Assembly: GCA_050273025.1 (NCBI GenBank)
Contig: CP158636.1
Location: 7,130,001 to 7,194,000 of the forward strand
From: Cenococcum geophilum
Lineage: Eukaryota
DNA: 64,000 nt
Direction of reading: 5' to 3'
In this document: piece by piece, positions 11,717-23,908 of the stretch
Layout of the letters: every line of letters begins with the position of its first letter
Numbering within the stretch: the first letter of the stretch is position 1
Made by a program: the position numbers and the translations under genes
Notes under the pieces: generated by a model
What the model was told of the DNA's origin: nothing
The model's database searches: none
Seen by the model: only the letters and a program-made list of their open reading frames with translations

Positions 11717-13247
11717 TATAAGGGCGCGAAGAGACTTCGGGGAAGATTTAAAGGAACGATATAAATTCTATCTAAATCTAAGGGTATATAGCTTTCGCTA
11801 AGAACAAGACGTTATATAAAAAGAGAAAGGAATAACAAGAGAATTATATAATTAAATAGTTAGGGACTTGGTGGTCAATGCGTGCGTATATACGCACGCG
11901 GTCTTTAATAGACTTTGGTAGAATTTAATTAATTTAGTAGAATTTGGCCAAAGCGTTAGAATTTATCTATTAAGTGTTTTACCAAGACATTCCTACTATA
12001 ACTGGGCTAGTCCCGTTATAGTACCCCCCCTTTTAGCCGAAGGTCTAAATAATTTAATTTTAGTTAAGTGTAACGGAGCCTTATAGTAGGAACTACGGTA
12101 AACTCGTTAATAGGCTAGGTATATAGGTATTGCAAGTAAGTCAATAACGTAATAATAACTGGTGGAGTAGTTGCCCAATAGATTAACTCTAATTATATTC
12201 TAAGAATCACTATAAGGAAGGAACTATCTAGGTAGGGATTAAGGGTCCTTAAATACACAACCATACTCCTAAGAAAGTCGTTGCTCTATCTACTCTATCT
12301 ACTCTATTTACTCTATTATAGATCTCGCAGATTATATAGATTATATAGATTATATTACATAACTCTACTTACTATTCCTTATCACATAGTTTTACGGGTT
12401 TTATTCTAAATCGTGCTTATATTAACTAACTAGCTTCTTCTAACTCCTCTTTAAGTAGTTATAATATTATACTTAAAGCGTTCGTAATACTATCTCCCTC
12501 CTTTTTATCTTTATCCTTAAAGATACCTAGTATCTCTAAGTTGTTTACTAGAGGTATAATATCCATCTAATTAATCTGGTTAATATTGTTACTTATAATA
12601 CCTAAAGCACCTTCTTTTTCTTTAACTCTTTGTTATACGCGTATAGTTTCTTCTATACTATTACTTGGTAAAGTAATGCTATCTCTATATTCTTATTGCG
12701 CGAAAGAGGGGTTAGTCTATATTACGTTGGCAAGTTCTTTATCTTAATAACCCTCTTTCTATATAGAGTGCACTAAAGCAAATATTTAATTGTTTTATAA
12801 TGTTTACTTAATTTCTAACGCTAAGTATACATATCCTATAACTCTTAATAGTCTCTAAGTTCCCTAAGTAATTTATTATAGGGTCTTATATTTAATTTGC
12901 TACTATAAAGCTTAATAATAAGCTATCCTTAGCGCTGCTTACGGTTTAATATGCCTTAAAAAAGTCCGCATATATTCTTAAAGTTTAGCGTCTAGCTTAT
13001 ACCTATCTTTAGCGTTTAGAATATATCCGTAAAAAGGTTTATTCTAAAAAGTAAAAACTTATAAAATAAGGTTTATAGAAACTTAATAATAAAAGAATGG
13101 ATTCTCTTTTAACAGAGAAGGAAATAACTCTAAGTAGTTCGGCAGTCGCTCTTCCTAGGTCCCCCTTAGGTAACTTATTCTTTAGCAATTCCCCTTTATT
13201 AATATTACCTAACCTTTTCTCTTCTAATACTCCTGTACCTTTCCTAT

Positions 13248-13380
13248 AGCATTTTTCAAATTCTCTAGTAGCTCCTAAGTAGTCTTGTTATAGCCTATCT
13301 ACTTTACTTTATATTATATTTTATTATCTACGTCCTTATAACTAACGATCCTTAAAACTTACTATTTATCTTCCTCTTAT
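13248..13380 (-). pseudogene. Chromodomain at the C-terminus of the Gypsy A integrase
   Basis: De-RIP translation EED.W.V.RIVSH.DVD....Y.VKW.GY..TTWEPLENLKNA. Confidence 0.85.
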
Positions 13381-16082
13381 CCTTTATATGTGTCTACTTT
13401 ATAAACCGGTGGCTTAATATTTCTGTATACTAGCTCTAGCATTATAATATACTATATAGGGTAGATATTTATCCTAGCTAGTAGATTTAACTTAAATATA
13501 ACTAATGAAATTTTCTACGTAATTTTAAAAGGTCCTAGTCTAACGTAGTTTAACTTCTTGCTTAGTTGCTAACTCTTAAAATTTTTATATAGTAGCTATA
13601 CTTTATCTCCCTCCTTAAGATCTAGTCTCTTAGATCTCTTAGCATTATAATACTTTTTTATTCTTTACTATACCACCTTAGCTGTTTCTATAAGGTCTAT
13701 ATAAAGATTTATTAAACTCTTTATTCTTTATTTAGCTATACTACTTATCTTCTTTACTTAACGTGGTGATAATAAGGTCCTTAGCTTATATCCGTAGTTC
13801 GCCTTAAATAGTAACGTACCTATTCCTTCTTATAGTGTTGCATTATATATAAACTATATAACTAGTAATAGCAATACCTAATTATTCTATATATAATTAA
13901 TATAATGCCTTAAATACTGCTCTAGTGTCTAATTTAATCTTTCCGTTTAACCGTCTATTTATAGATAATATACGGTGGAAGTTGCTACTCGAACTCCTTA
14001 CTCTACTAAAAACACTTCCTAGAATACTACTATAAATCTTAAATCTCTATCTAATATAATCTTACTTAGTGCTCTATATCTTATAAACACTTCTTTAATA
14101 TAGATTTTAGCAATATCTTCCGCTAATATTTCTTCTAAATATACTATAAAGTATTCCCACTTTATAGGCTTATCTATTATTACTAAAATTGCGTTATAAT
14201 CTTGTCTGGTAATAGGGTCTCTTAACTTTAATAACTTAATAATAAAGTCCTATAATATAACCTCCTATAGTCTCTTTGGTATTTTAATAGGTTATAGCCC
14301 TCTATATAGCTTATGCCTTATTAATTTATTTCTTTAGCAATTTAGATACTTCTTAGTGACCTTTTTAGCTATTCTCTAGATTCCGTTAATAATGTACTTC
14401 TTTTAGAGTCTTAATACTAAGCCTATAGCTCTATTATATCCTTAAGTTAGTCCCTTATAGAAATCTTCTATAAAGTGCTCTACTATACTTTTTAGGATAT
14501 ACTTTACTTCTCGGTTTTTATATATATCTACCTATAGATCTTCTAACTATGCCTTTAGAATTCTTTATACCTAAAAGCTTTTTAGTATTTTATAGATTCT
14601 CTCTAATTTATTTTCCTAAGTTGCTATAATTTTTGGATAATTATATCTAATTAGTCTATCTGTATTTTTTTACAGTAAAGCCCCTAATGGCTTTTTATCG
14701 TTCTGTAATTTAGCTTTTTAACTTAATATATTAGCCCACGTGTTATCTATGCCTTTAGTATACTAAATCTTAAAATAGTATTCTATAAGCATCTCTGCCC
14801 ATCTAACCTATCTTTAATTTAATTCCTTTATTATTAGAAATCCTATTAAGTTCTTATAATCCGTTTCAACTATAAATAGTTTCTCTATACCTTATAAGAA
14901 TGCTCTTTATTTCTTTAGTGCTATAACTATACTTAATAACTCCTTATTATAGATGTTATAGTTTAGTTCTAGTAGTATTATCTTCTAACTATAGTATGCT
15001 ACTAGGTGCTATCCATCTAGATGCTTTTATATAAAGTATACCCCTAGTATAAAGTCTAATATATCTATTTTTATAACCGTCTCTAGTTCTAGTTAATAGA
15101 TTTTAAGAACTATTTTTTAGGTAAATAACCTTTTAACTTCCTTAAACAGTTCTTATTATTCTTTTTCCTATATTTATAGTTCCTCTTTCTTTGTTAACCG
15201 CGTAAATGGTTTAATATCTTTTAACTATTACGCTATAAACCTCCTATAGTAATTGCAGAACCCTAGGAACAATCTTAACTGCGTAACGTTCTCTAGTTTT
15301 TACTAATTCACTATAGCCTTAATCTTTTTTAGATCTATACTAAGTTGGCCTAGTTTAATAATAAATCCAATAAAATCGGTCTTCCTAGTAAAGAACTCGC
15401 ATTTCTTAATTACTACTAGCATCTATTCTTTTTATAGTCTCTTTAAAACCTATTTAACGTGTTCTCCGTGTTCTTCCTTAGTTATTAAGTAGATAATAAT
15501 ATTATTAAGATATACTATAACAAATTCATCCAAGTATTCTCCTAATATATTATTAATTTGTTTTTAGAACGTTGCTAGTACGTTTATAAGCCCGAATTGT
15601 ATAACTAATGGTTTATATAGTCCTTCCTTTGACCTAAAGGCTGCCTTCTATTTATCGCCTTTCTTAATTTTAATCTAATGGTACGCCTATCTTAGATCTA
15701 TCTTCGTAAAGATTTACGCATTGCCTATTCTATCTTAGATTTCGCTAATTAAGGGTAAGGATATCTATCCTTTCTAGTGATGCTATTTAACTATCTATAG
15801 TCGATACATAGCCTTAGTTTACTATTTTTCTTTAGTATAAACAGTACTGGATAACCCGCTAATAACTATAATGGTCTAATATATCCCTTTTATAAGTTTT
15901 TCTAGATAAACTCTTTTAGTGCTCTACATTCCTCTTTAGTAAGCTTATAGATTGGAAAGAACCTTAGACTTATTCCCGGTTCTAATTCTATCTTATAGTC
16001 CTATGCTATATATTCTAACAGCTTTTTACTTTCTAGTAACTATAGTTTCTTACTATACTTATAGTATCTCTTTAGTACATAA

Positions 16083-16505
16083 TGTTACGGACGCTTTAAG
16101 TATAATATTATAACTACTTAAAGAGGAGTTGGAAGAAGCTAGTTAGTTAATATAAGTATAGTTTAGAATAGAACCGATAGAACTATATAATAAGAAATGG
16201 TAGTATAAGTTACATAAGGTAATCTATATAATCTGTAAGATCTATAGGATCTATAATAAAGCGAATAGAGCACACGTATATTACGTATAAAAAGGATTTT
16301 ATAGAAGTACGGTTGTGTATTTAAGGACCCTTAGTCTCTACCTAGATAGTTTCTTCCTTATAGTAATTCTTAGAATACAATTAGAGTTAATCTATTAGGC
16401 AACCACTCTACCAGTTATTATTACATTGTTAACTTACTTGTAATACCTACATACCTAGCCTATTAATAGGACCCACTGTAGTACCTACTATAAGGTTCCG
16501 TTATA
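16083..16505 (+). mobile_element. Solo LTR of family A inserted antisense into copy 2
   Basis: TGTTACGG...CCGTTATA termini. TSD CATAA (16078-16082) / TATAA (16506-16510, one RIP change). Empty site at ~4436-4450. Confidence 0.92.
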
Positions 16506-17917
16506 TATAACTTAATTCTTTCTCTATTTCTTTATAGGTTGCCCCTACTTAGTACTATACTAACTTAGCTTATTATTATATTTTGCGTTATTATGTATCT
16601 TTAATATTAACCTAACCTATAACCTAATTGATTTTTAGATTATATTTCTATAACTAAGGCATTCCTAATACTGCCTTATTATTCCCTAATAGTAATATAT
16701 TAAAAGACATCTTAACTTATCTTTCTTTAATAGTTAACTAAATAGGTCCTATTTTAAGATTAATAATACCTCCTCCGTAGGCTATTGGATCTCCTAAAAT
16801 TATTACTAATAAGTAAGGGTGTTCATTTTTCCTATATAGTAATCCCATTCTTTTAACTACTGCTAGTAAAATATGGTTTCTTATTACCCTACTATTTATT
16901 AGTGCCTTAAACTATTAATCCTACCACTTAATTTATAAATTTAGGTATTGTCCTTAAATTTCTTTAAGGGTCTAAGGCTTTACTACTAGTTCCCTCTAGT
17001 TTTATAGGCCTTTACTTTTCCTAATTATTAGCTGCTTAATCCTATTTATACTTAGTCCACTTTTAGCTAATACTTAGTTTGCTTTTTGTCTTTAATATAC
17101 TATAGATAGGTATTTTCTAGATATTTCCACTATTATTATCCGTCTAGGTATTCTTCTATAAGGAATCTTCCTAGTTAAAGTATTAAGTTCCTTTATCCTT
17201 AAACTTCTATGGGGTGCTAACTATATATATACTTAGCGTTTTAATATTTCGCCTTATTTAGTGCCTAATATATCCTTACTAGGTACTTCCGGTTCCTATC
17301 CTTAGGTACTTTATATATATTACACACATTATCTATATATATAATCTATGCCAATATATAATATACTTACTATCTTAGGTTAACTCTTGGCTTATTTTTA
17401 TTCTTAAGTTTAAATGTCGGAACGTTAATTATATAACGTGGTCACGAGACCACGTAGCGAGGTTAGCTAACCTGACCTTGGAGCAACCCCTTACTTCTAG
17501 ACAACAATCAACTACTAACTTCAACACCGCATACGTACCACTATAAGTGATATTCGTGCATATTAATAAAGAGAGTTATACTAACACTAATTAGTAGACG
17601 TATAGATTAGGAAATACGCAATAGCTAGCGCTTAAGAAGTAGTACTGGAAACAGTTCACGATTGCCTAGTTCTTGTCTGTTTTATTAAAGGAGAAAGCTA
17701 TATTACCCTTAAAGCTCGAAACCACGTATTAACTTAACTGCTGACGCGTTAGATTGCCTAGAGAATTATATCTTTACTTGGAGAAGATTATAACCTCCCT
17801 TAAGCTTAAGAGAATTTATACTGGCTTTACAGCTAATATAACAGATTGCTGAGAGAATAGCAATCTTGCTAAGAACACTTTATAGGCCCGACGGCTGTAG
17901 AGAACGTATACACTACC

Positions 17918-18002
17918 CTTAACCTCGACCTTAACCTCGACCTTAACCTTAACCCTTAATCTTAACCTTAACCTCGAACCTTAAATCTTGAACCTTAAAC
18001 CT
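17918..18002 (+). repeat. Degenerate 6-7 bp tandem repeat (CCTTAA/CCTCGA) in the leader of element E
   Basis: ccttaacctcgaccttaacctcgaccttaaccttaacc... is visible directly. Confidence 0.8.
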
Positions 18003-21000
18003 TTATAACCTCCACCTAAACGTATACTGCTTTACACTATAATAGAGTGGTAAGAAAAGATATTAAAGTATGGTGATGGAATTACTGCTGCTACAGCTTC
18101 TAAAGATGAGCTAGAAGACTATGTAGCAATAAAGGTCTACGTACACACATAGAAGAACTTCACAGACTATATACTATGGATAGTATTTAAGGAGGAATTT
18201 AAAGGCTTTACTACTGAGGATTTTAAACGCATGCGAACCAATATAAGAGCAAAGTTACGCATTTATCTACTTAAGAGAGGAGTATATATCGGAAAGTACA
18301 ATAACAGATATTTAATCTCAGAAGCACTATTCGACCTTCTTTAAGAAGAAGAGTTTCACGAATGGACGGACGAAGAGATTGGTCTAGCCCTTAATGATAT
18401 TAAGCTAATGATTACTGTGGCTCTGTAAGACTGACTTAATTCGACCTTAGACAAGCTTGCTATAGCTCTACTAGCGTTAATACCTTTCTATAGTCCCTTA
18501 CTAGCTATATAAGCATTACTAGCTCTTCTACTAGCTATTTTAACTGCTGTACCGCTAACTACTCTAATCGCTGCACCACCAGCTACTCCGATTACTGTAC
18601 CGCCAGCTACTCTAATCGCTACCCCTGCTACCCCTACTACCCCTTCTGGTCCTTAATCCTCCAATTATAACTAAATCTACACTCTTATTAACTAATTGCT
18701 ATGGTCGCAGTAACTATAGCAGCCGCAACAGCTACCTATATATATACTACCTGAACTAGTCGTGCCTAGTATGGAGTAAGGACCTAGGCAAGGGCCTAGA
18801 TACAGTAAGGAGGTAGCTATAATTGCAAAGATCTACATAGACGACCAAAAGTACGATGGAGTTAATGACAGCTTTGACTTTAAGCTAACCATCTTTTATA
18901 ATATCTATAAGAGATCTAGCTTACCACTAGAAGGCTACATAGTGGCATTCCCTAGCATGCTAAAAGGGCTTGCTTAGGACCACTACTATAATAGTAACCT
19001 TAAGTTGAGACCTTTTACGGAAGCCTGCAACCACATATAATAAGTCTTTAAAGGGCCAAAATACTACCGTAAGAACCTTATGGAGTGGAATAGTATAACC
19101 CTCTAAGGAGTTATAGACGAGAACCCTAATAGGTTAATCTATTAGAACTTCTAACTACTTATAGACAAGCTGCTAAAGTAACGTTATGGACTATACCTAG
19201 ACTTCCGTACGAACCGCATTCTTATAAATAAGCTAGTTACTGCTTGCCAGGGAGTACCAGCATGCCATATTGCTGTCTCCAACCCTTTAAAAGACCTCTC
19301 TCAATTAATTAGTAAGCTACAATCCTCTATTGTTACGTAGGAAAAAGAATACCCCCTATAGGCCTTAATAAGATTGTCTTACTAAGCCTTTTTTACGGAT
19401 TAACGTTATTACTAAAATGACTAGAATTAAGACCGAAATACTAATCGCTACGGCAGCAATCGCCCCTATAGAACTAACGGCAGACTAAAGGCCAAGTGCT
19501 ATATCTATAAGAGGGAAAACTGCCATTTATGGAAACATATAGAGGAGGAGCGTAATCGGTCCAGAGACGACTATAAGAGACGTTTTATTAATATTAAGGG
19601 CCGTAATAAGGGCAACTTTAATAACCACTTTAAATAATACGTTGCCGCCTACAAAAGAGATAAAGAGGATAACTTAGACTTTAAAGCCTATACATACAAC
19701 GCTAATAACTCTAGAAGCAATGCCGGAGAACCTAACGACAGTTCTACCTACATTACTACCTTTAGAACGCTTACTATAGAGAAAGTAACCTCTATAAGTA
19801 TAGAGCTAGCTAATAAGGCTTATACGCACCTACTTATAGCTTTAATACTTACCACGGAGTCTACTACGGAGCCTTACACGGAGACCGACCCATTTGCCTA
19901 TAGTACGGCTATAGCTATAGCGTTACGGTACACCTCGATAGTCTTTATAGGAATTATAGTTGGTACAGGTGCTTCGCGCAAGTCTATAGCTAGCTACAGT
20001 TAATTCTAAGCTCTATAGGCCGTAGATAAGTCCGTAAGTCTTAACACGTTAACTAAGGGCTAAGTAACTATCTAATTTAGGATCGGAGCCTCTATGTCTA
20101 TCGGAACTATAGACGTTAACAGCCCCGTAAGCAAGGTACAATTCTATATTATTAAAGTAGATACTCCCTTTTTACTTTGCTTAGCAGATATAGATAGACT
20201 CTATATTAAATACGATAACCTAAAGGACGTCATTATTACTCGCACCAAAAAGGTGCTAGTGGTTAGACGATTTAGCTACCCATTTCTCTTATAAAGCTTC
20301 TCCTTACAGTCCTATTTTATTAAGTCTTTTAATACAAACCCTTGTTATTTAACCAACGTAGAACTATAACGCTTATACTATCAATTTAGTTACCTATTAG
20401 TTAATAGACTATAAAAGCTTCTTAATAAAACTAGCCACGGCTATAACACTAATAGATCTGCTATTAAAGAGCTAACTAGACTCTGCCACTATTACTAAAA
20501 GTTTAGTAGATCTCTAGGTAGATTTTGCTTTACCTTATAAGATAACGTTAATTTTAATTATAATATTATTGTCGACATTATATATATTAACGGCTCCCCC
20601 CTACTATATATAGTTGACAAAGTAACTTAATTTTAAGCCGGTAGATAGCTACGAGATATTAGCGCCAAGTATACTTAGGACGTTCTATAAATATGCTAAA
20701 TTAATAGCTATTTAGGACTACTAGACTTAATTACTATAGACGCTAGGAAGAACTTTATTAGTAAGGAGTTTAAACACTACGCTGCTACTATAGGAGTAAC
20801 TATAAAGTTAGTTCTAGTCAAATCACACAATTCCATTAGAATAGTAGAACGCTACTATAGTCCGCTATAACAAGCCTACCAAATCATTACAACTGAAATC
20901 CCTGAAATTAGCAAGGAGATAGCCCTATAAATAGCCTTTAAAGCCATTAATAATATAGCTGGCCTAGAAGGCCTAGTCCCTACACTCCTAGTCTTTAGAG

Positions 21001-23199
21001 CCTACCCCCGAATAGTTAAATTAGACGCACTATCACCTTTAGTTATATAGCGAGCTGCGGCTATTAAGAAAGTAATAGTGGAAATCTAGAAGTTATAAGC
21101 TGAACGATAGATCGCTAACGCTCTTAATATGCGAAATGGACTACAAACTAATGCTATTTATAGCCTCCCACCTAGTTCGCCTGTCTTAGTCTGGAGAGAA
21201 GGCAATACTAGCTAAAGTAGTTATTGGGACGGACTATATATACTACTCGCTGTTAACGGTAAGACCTATACCGTAAAGCTACTAAATAGGCCTACGACCT
21301 TTCGCTTTATAGTTATAAAACCTTACCTACTAGACCTATAAGACCCAGTTAAACCACAAGAGTCTGCTAAATTAGATGAACTAGTACCTTTATTAGCCGA
21401 ACCTTAATTGTTACCTAAGGCTAAACCACAGCCACTGCCAAAGCGAGGTAGAGGTCGCCCCCGTAAATACCTATTGCTTACGGCCGTCGCAGACACAGCT
21501 GTTATAGATCCTATAATAGATATAGGCGCTTTTACGGGTAATATTGCGGATATCGCTGATATCGCTATCTACCTATAGGACAATAATACTATAGATACGG
21601 CTAACACCACTATTTACTTATAGAACGATAGCAATACCTAATTTAGTGCTTTATAATAAAAGGAGGTTATAGGCCTACTTAAGAAAGGCGTCTTTAAGAT
21701 TATTAAGCTGCACGATATACTAAAGGGGGTTAGACTCTTTAATTCACGGTTTATTAATAAGATTAAGAATAAGGGAACTAATAAAGCCTTTAAGAAATCA
21801 TAACTTGTTATATAGGCTTATAATAACTTAGAGAAAGAGCTAGTCCTTACTTAGTTACCAACAATTTAACGAGTTAGCCAGCGGCTGATTCCCTGTATCG
21901 CTGCTATACTACTATAGACATAACTTTACCTCTAAGACATCTTATAAGCCTACGTCTAGTCTACTACGAACCTAAACCGCGAGTTTTACGTATAACTACT
22001 ACACGAGCTAAATAAATAATTGGGAATTGATATAGACTCTGTTCTAAAGGTTATAAAGCCACTTTATAGAGTACCTAAAGCTAGAAACCACTAGTTTAAG
22101 ATATACTATTTATACTACGTTAATTAGCTGCAAATGGACTAGTCCATATATAACCCTTGCTTACTTTATAGCAATAAGCCTTTCGGAATTATTGGCCTAT
22201 AGACTAATAATATACTATTCTTTGTAGATAACACCTTTATAGAGGCTAAATAAAGCGAACTATATAAGGCCGAATTTATGGCTAAGGAGCGAGAGCAACT
22301 AACCGCTAATATACTAATTAAGTTTAATAGAGGACTTATTTAATTAATATAAGATAGGAGTATCACGCTAACATAAAAGCGCCAGTATAAGAACCTTAGT
22401 GTGGTTAATACTACGCTAGTAGACAGCACTAGCTCTAGAGGAGTTACGCATAGCCTACTTATACTAAAGGACTAGTATATCGCTTAACGCGCCAAAGAAG
22501 CCTATATTGCCTTAGTCTGTTAGCTAGAGACTTTATTTAACCTATCCTTTACTACCTAGGTAATTAACCCAGTTAAAGACGATATAAAGAGTCTTAATAA
22601 GCAATTAAGCTAGTAGATTAAGAACGTAAATAAAGGCCTAAAGTTCGTCAAGCTAGACGTTAATACTTTATAACTCCTGGTATTTATAGACGCTTCCTTA
22701 GCCAATAATAAGGACCTATCTTCGCAAATTAGCTATATTATTATACTAGCTAACGCAACTAAGAAGGCCAATATTGTTTATTAGAGCTTAATTAAGTGTA
22801 AAAGAGTTACTAGAAGTGTTCTAGCCTCTAAACTCTACGGAATAGCTCACGGCTTTAATATCGCCGTCGCCATTAAGTCTACGGCAGACAAGGTCCTACA
22901 GACTAACCTCCCGCTTGTGCTTTATACTAATTCTAAGTCGCTATATAACTGTCTTGTATAACTTAGAACCACATAAGAGAAGCGATTAATAATTAATGTA
23001 ATATGCCTATAATAAGCCTATAAACGTCGGCAGATTATAGAGGTTAAATGGATCGATGGCGAAGCTAACCCTACGGACGCGATAACTAAGGGGAAGCCTT
23101 ATATCGCCCTACAGCAACTTATTAACACGAATTAAGTTAATATATAGGCTATAGGTTGGGTGGAACGTAAGAAGTAATAGAAGGTGGCTTGCGGGTTAT

Positions 23200-23421
23200 A
23201 TAACTGGTAGAAGACGGCAGAAACTTATATAACCGGCAGAAGATGGTAGAAAGTCATATAATTGGCAGAAGTTAGGTTTAACAGAATTTGGCAGAAATTG
23301 GTAATATGGCAGAATTTGGCAGAACTCTATAATATAGCAGAATTTGGCAGAATTCGGTAATATAACAGAATTTGGCAGAAAATCGATAAGTTGGCAGAAT
23401 ATGGCATGTGCCGCGCCCTAG
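23200..23421 (+). repeat. GGCAGAA-rich tandem repeats (~30-bp period) in the 3' UTR of element E
   Basis: Repeated GGCAGAATTTGGCAGAA motifs ending in GCCGCGCCCTAG. Confidence 0.8.
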
Positions 23422-23822
23422 CGCTATCACAGCTATTGCGTATATGCTACGAATAGTCTAAAAGTAGGCTTAACTTTAAAGTGTAGATTAGCCTTCTTTT
23501 TAGAGTTGCTCTAGTGTCGGAACGTTAATTATGTAACGTGGTTACGAGACCACGTAGCGAGGTTAGCTAACCTAACCTTGGAGCAACCCCTTACTTCTAG
23601 ACAACAATTAACTACCAACTTTAACACCGCATACGTACCACTACAAGTAATATTCGTGCACGTTGATAAAGAGAGTTATACTGACATTAAACCTTTCTTA
23701 TATTAATTTAAGCGTTATGACTTTGTTTATAGGTACTAAGATTTACCTCTTACTTCTCTAGTCCTTTAATTACTCCTTTAGATCCTTTAATATTATAATT
23801 AAGGCTCCTTTAATATAAGTTA

Positions 23823-23908
23823 GGCCGTCGAAAACGGACTCTGCACCTGTATGTGGTGACGGCTACAAACCTAGGTCTTCGAAGTTTAGACTTAGAGCCA
23901 ACACAGAG
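23823..23908 (+). ncRNA. Putative HDV-like self-cleaving ribozyme
   Basis: Manual fold: P1 GGCCGUC/GACGGCU (G1.U wobble), P2 CUCUGC/ACAGAG, P3 ACC/GGU, L3 UGUAUGU, P1.1 GU/AC, P4 CUAGGUC/GACUUAG, J4/2 GCCAAC. G1 coincides with the element's 5' boundary. Confidence 0.82.

Larger units (their letters stand above)
17415..23686 (+). mobile_element. Full-length Ty1/Copia element E (GalEa-like), 6272 bp, RIP-inactivated
   Basis: 172-bp LTRs 17415-17586 and 23515-23686. TSD TTAAA. Order gag (CX2CX4CX4H ~19497-19540), PR (DTGA-like ~19960), IN (~20350-21330), RT (KSRLV-, QTDD-like ~22200), RH (..NPADA.TK ~23070). Confidence 0.95.

Noticed and set aside
17918..18002. Interstitial telomere repeat
   Set aside because: Units are CCTTAA/CCTCGA rather than CCCTAA, and they lie in a Copia leader.
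20094..20294. Short ORFs 20094-20294, 38244-38480 and 39830-40072 as genes
   Set aside because: They are stop-free fragments of RIP-broken Copia gag/protease frames. The minus-strand ORFs at 757, 38370, 41287, 50595 and 52859 are antisense to such frames.
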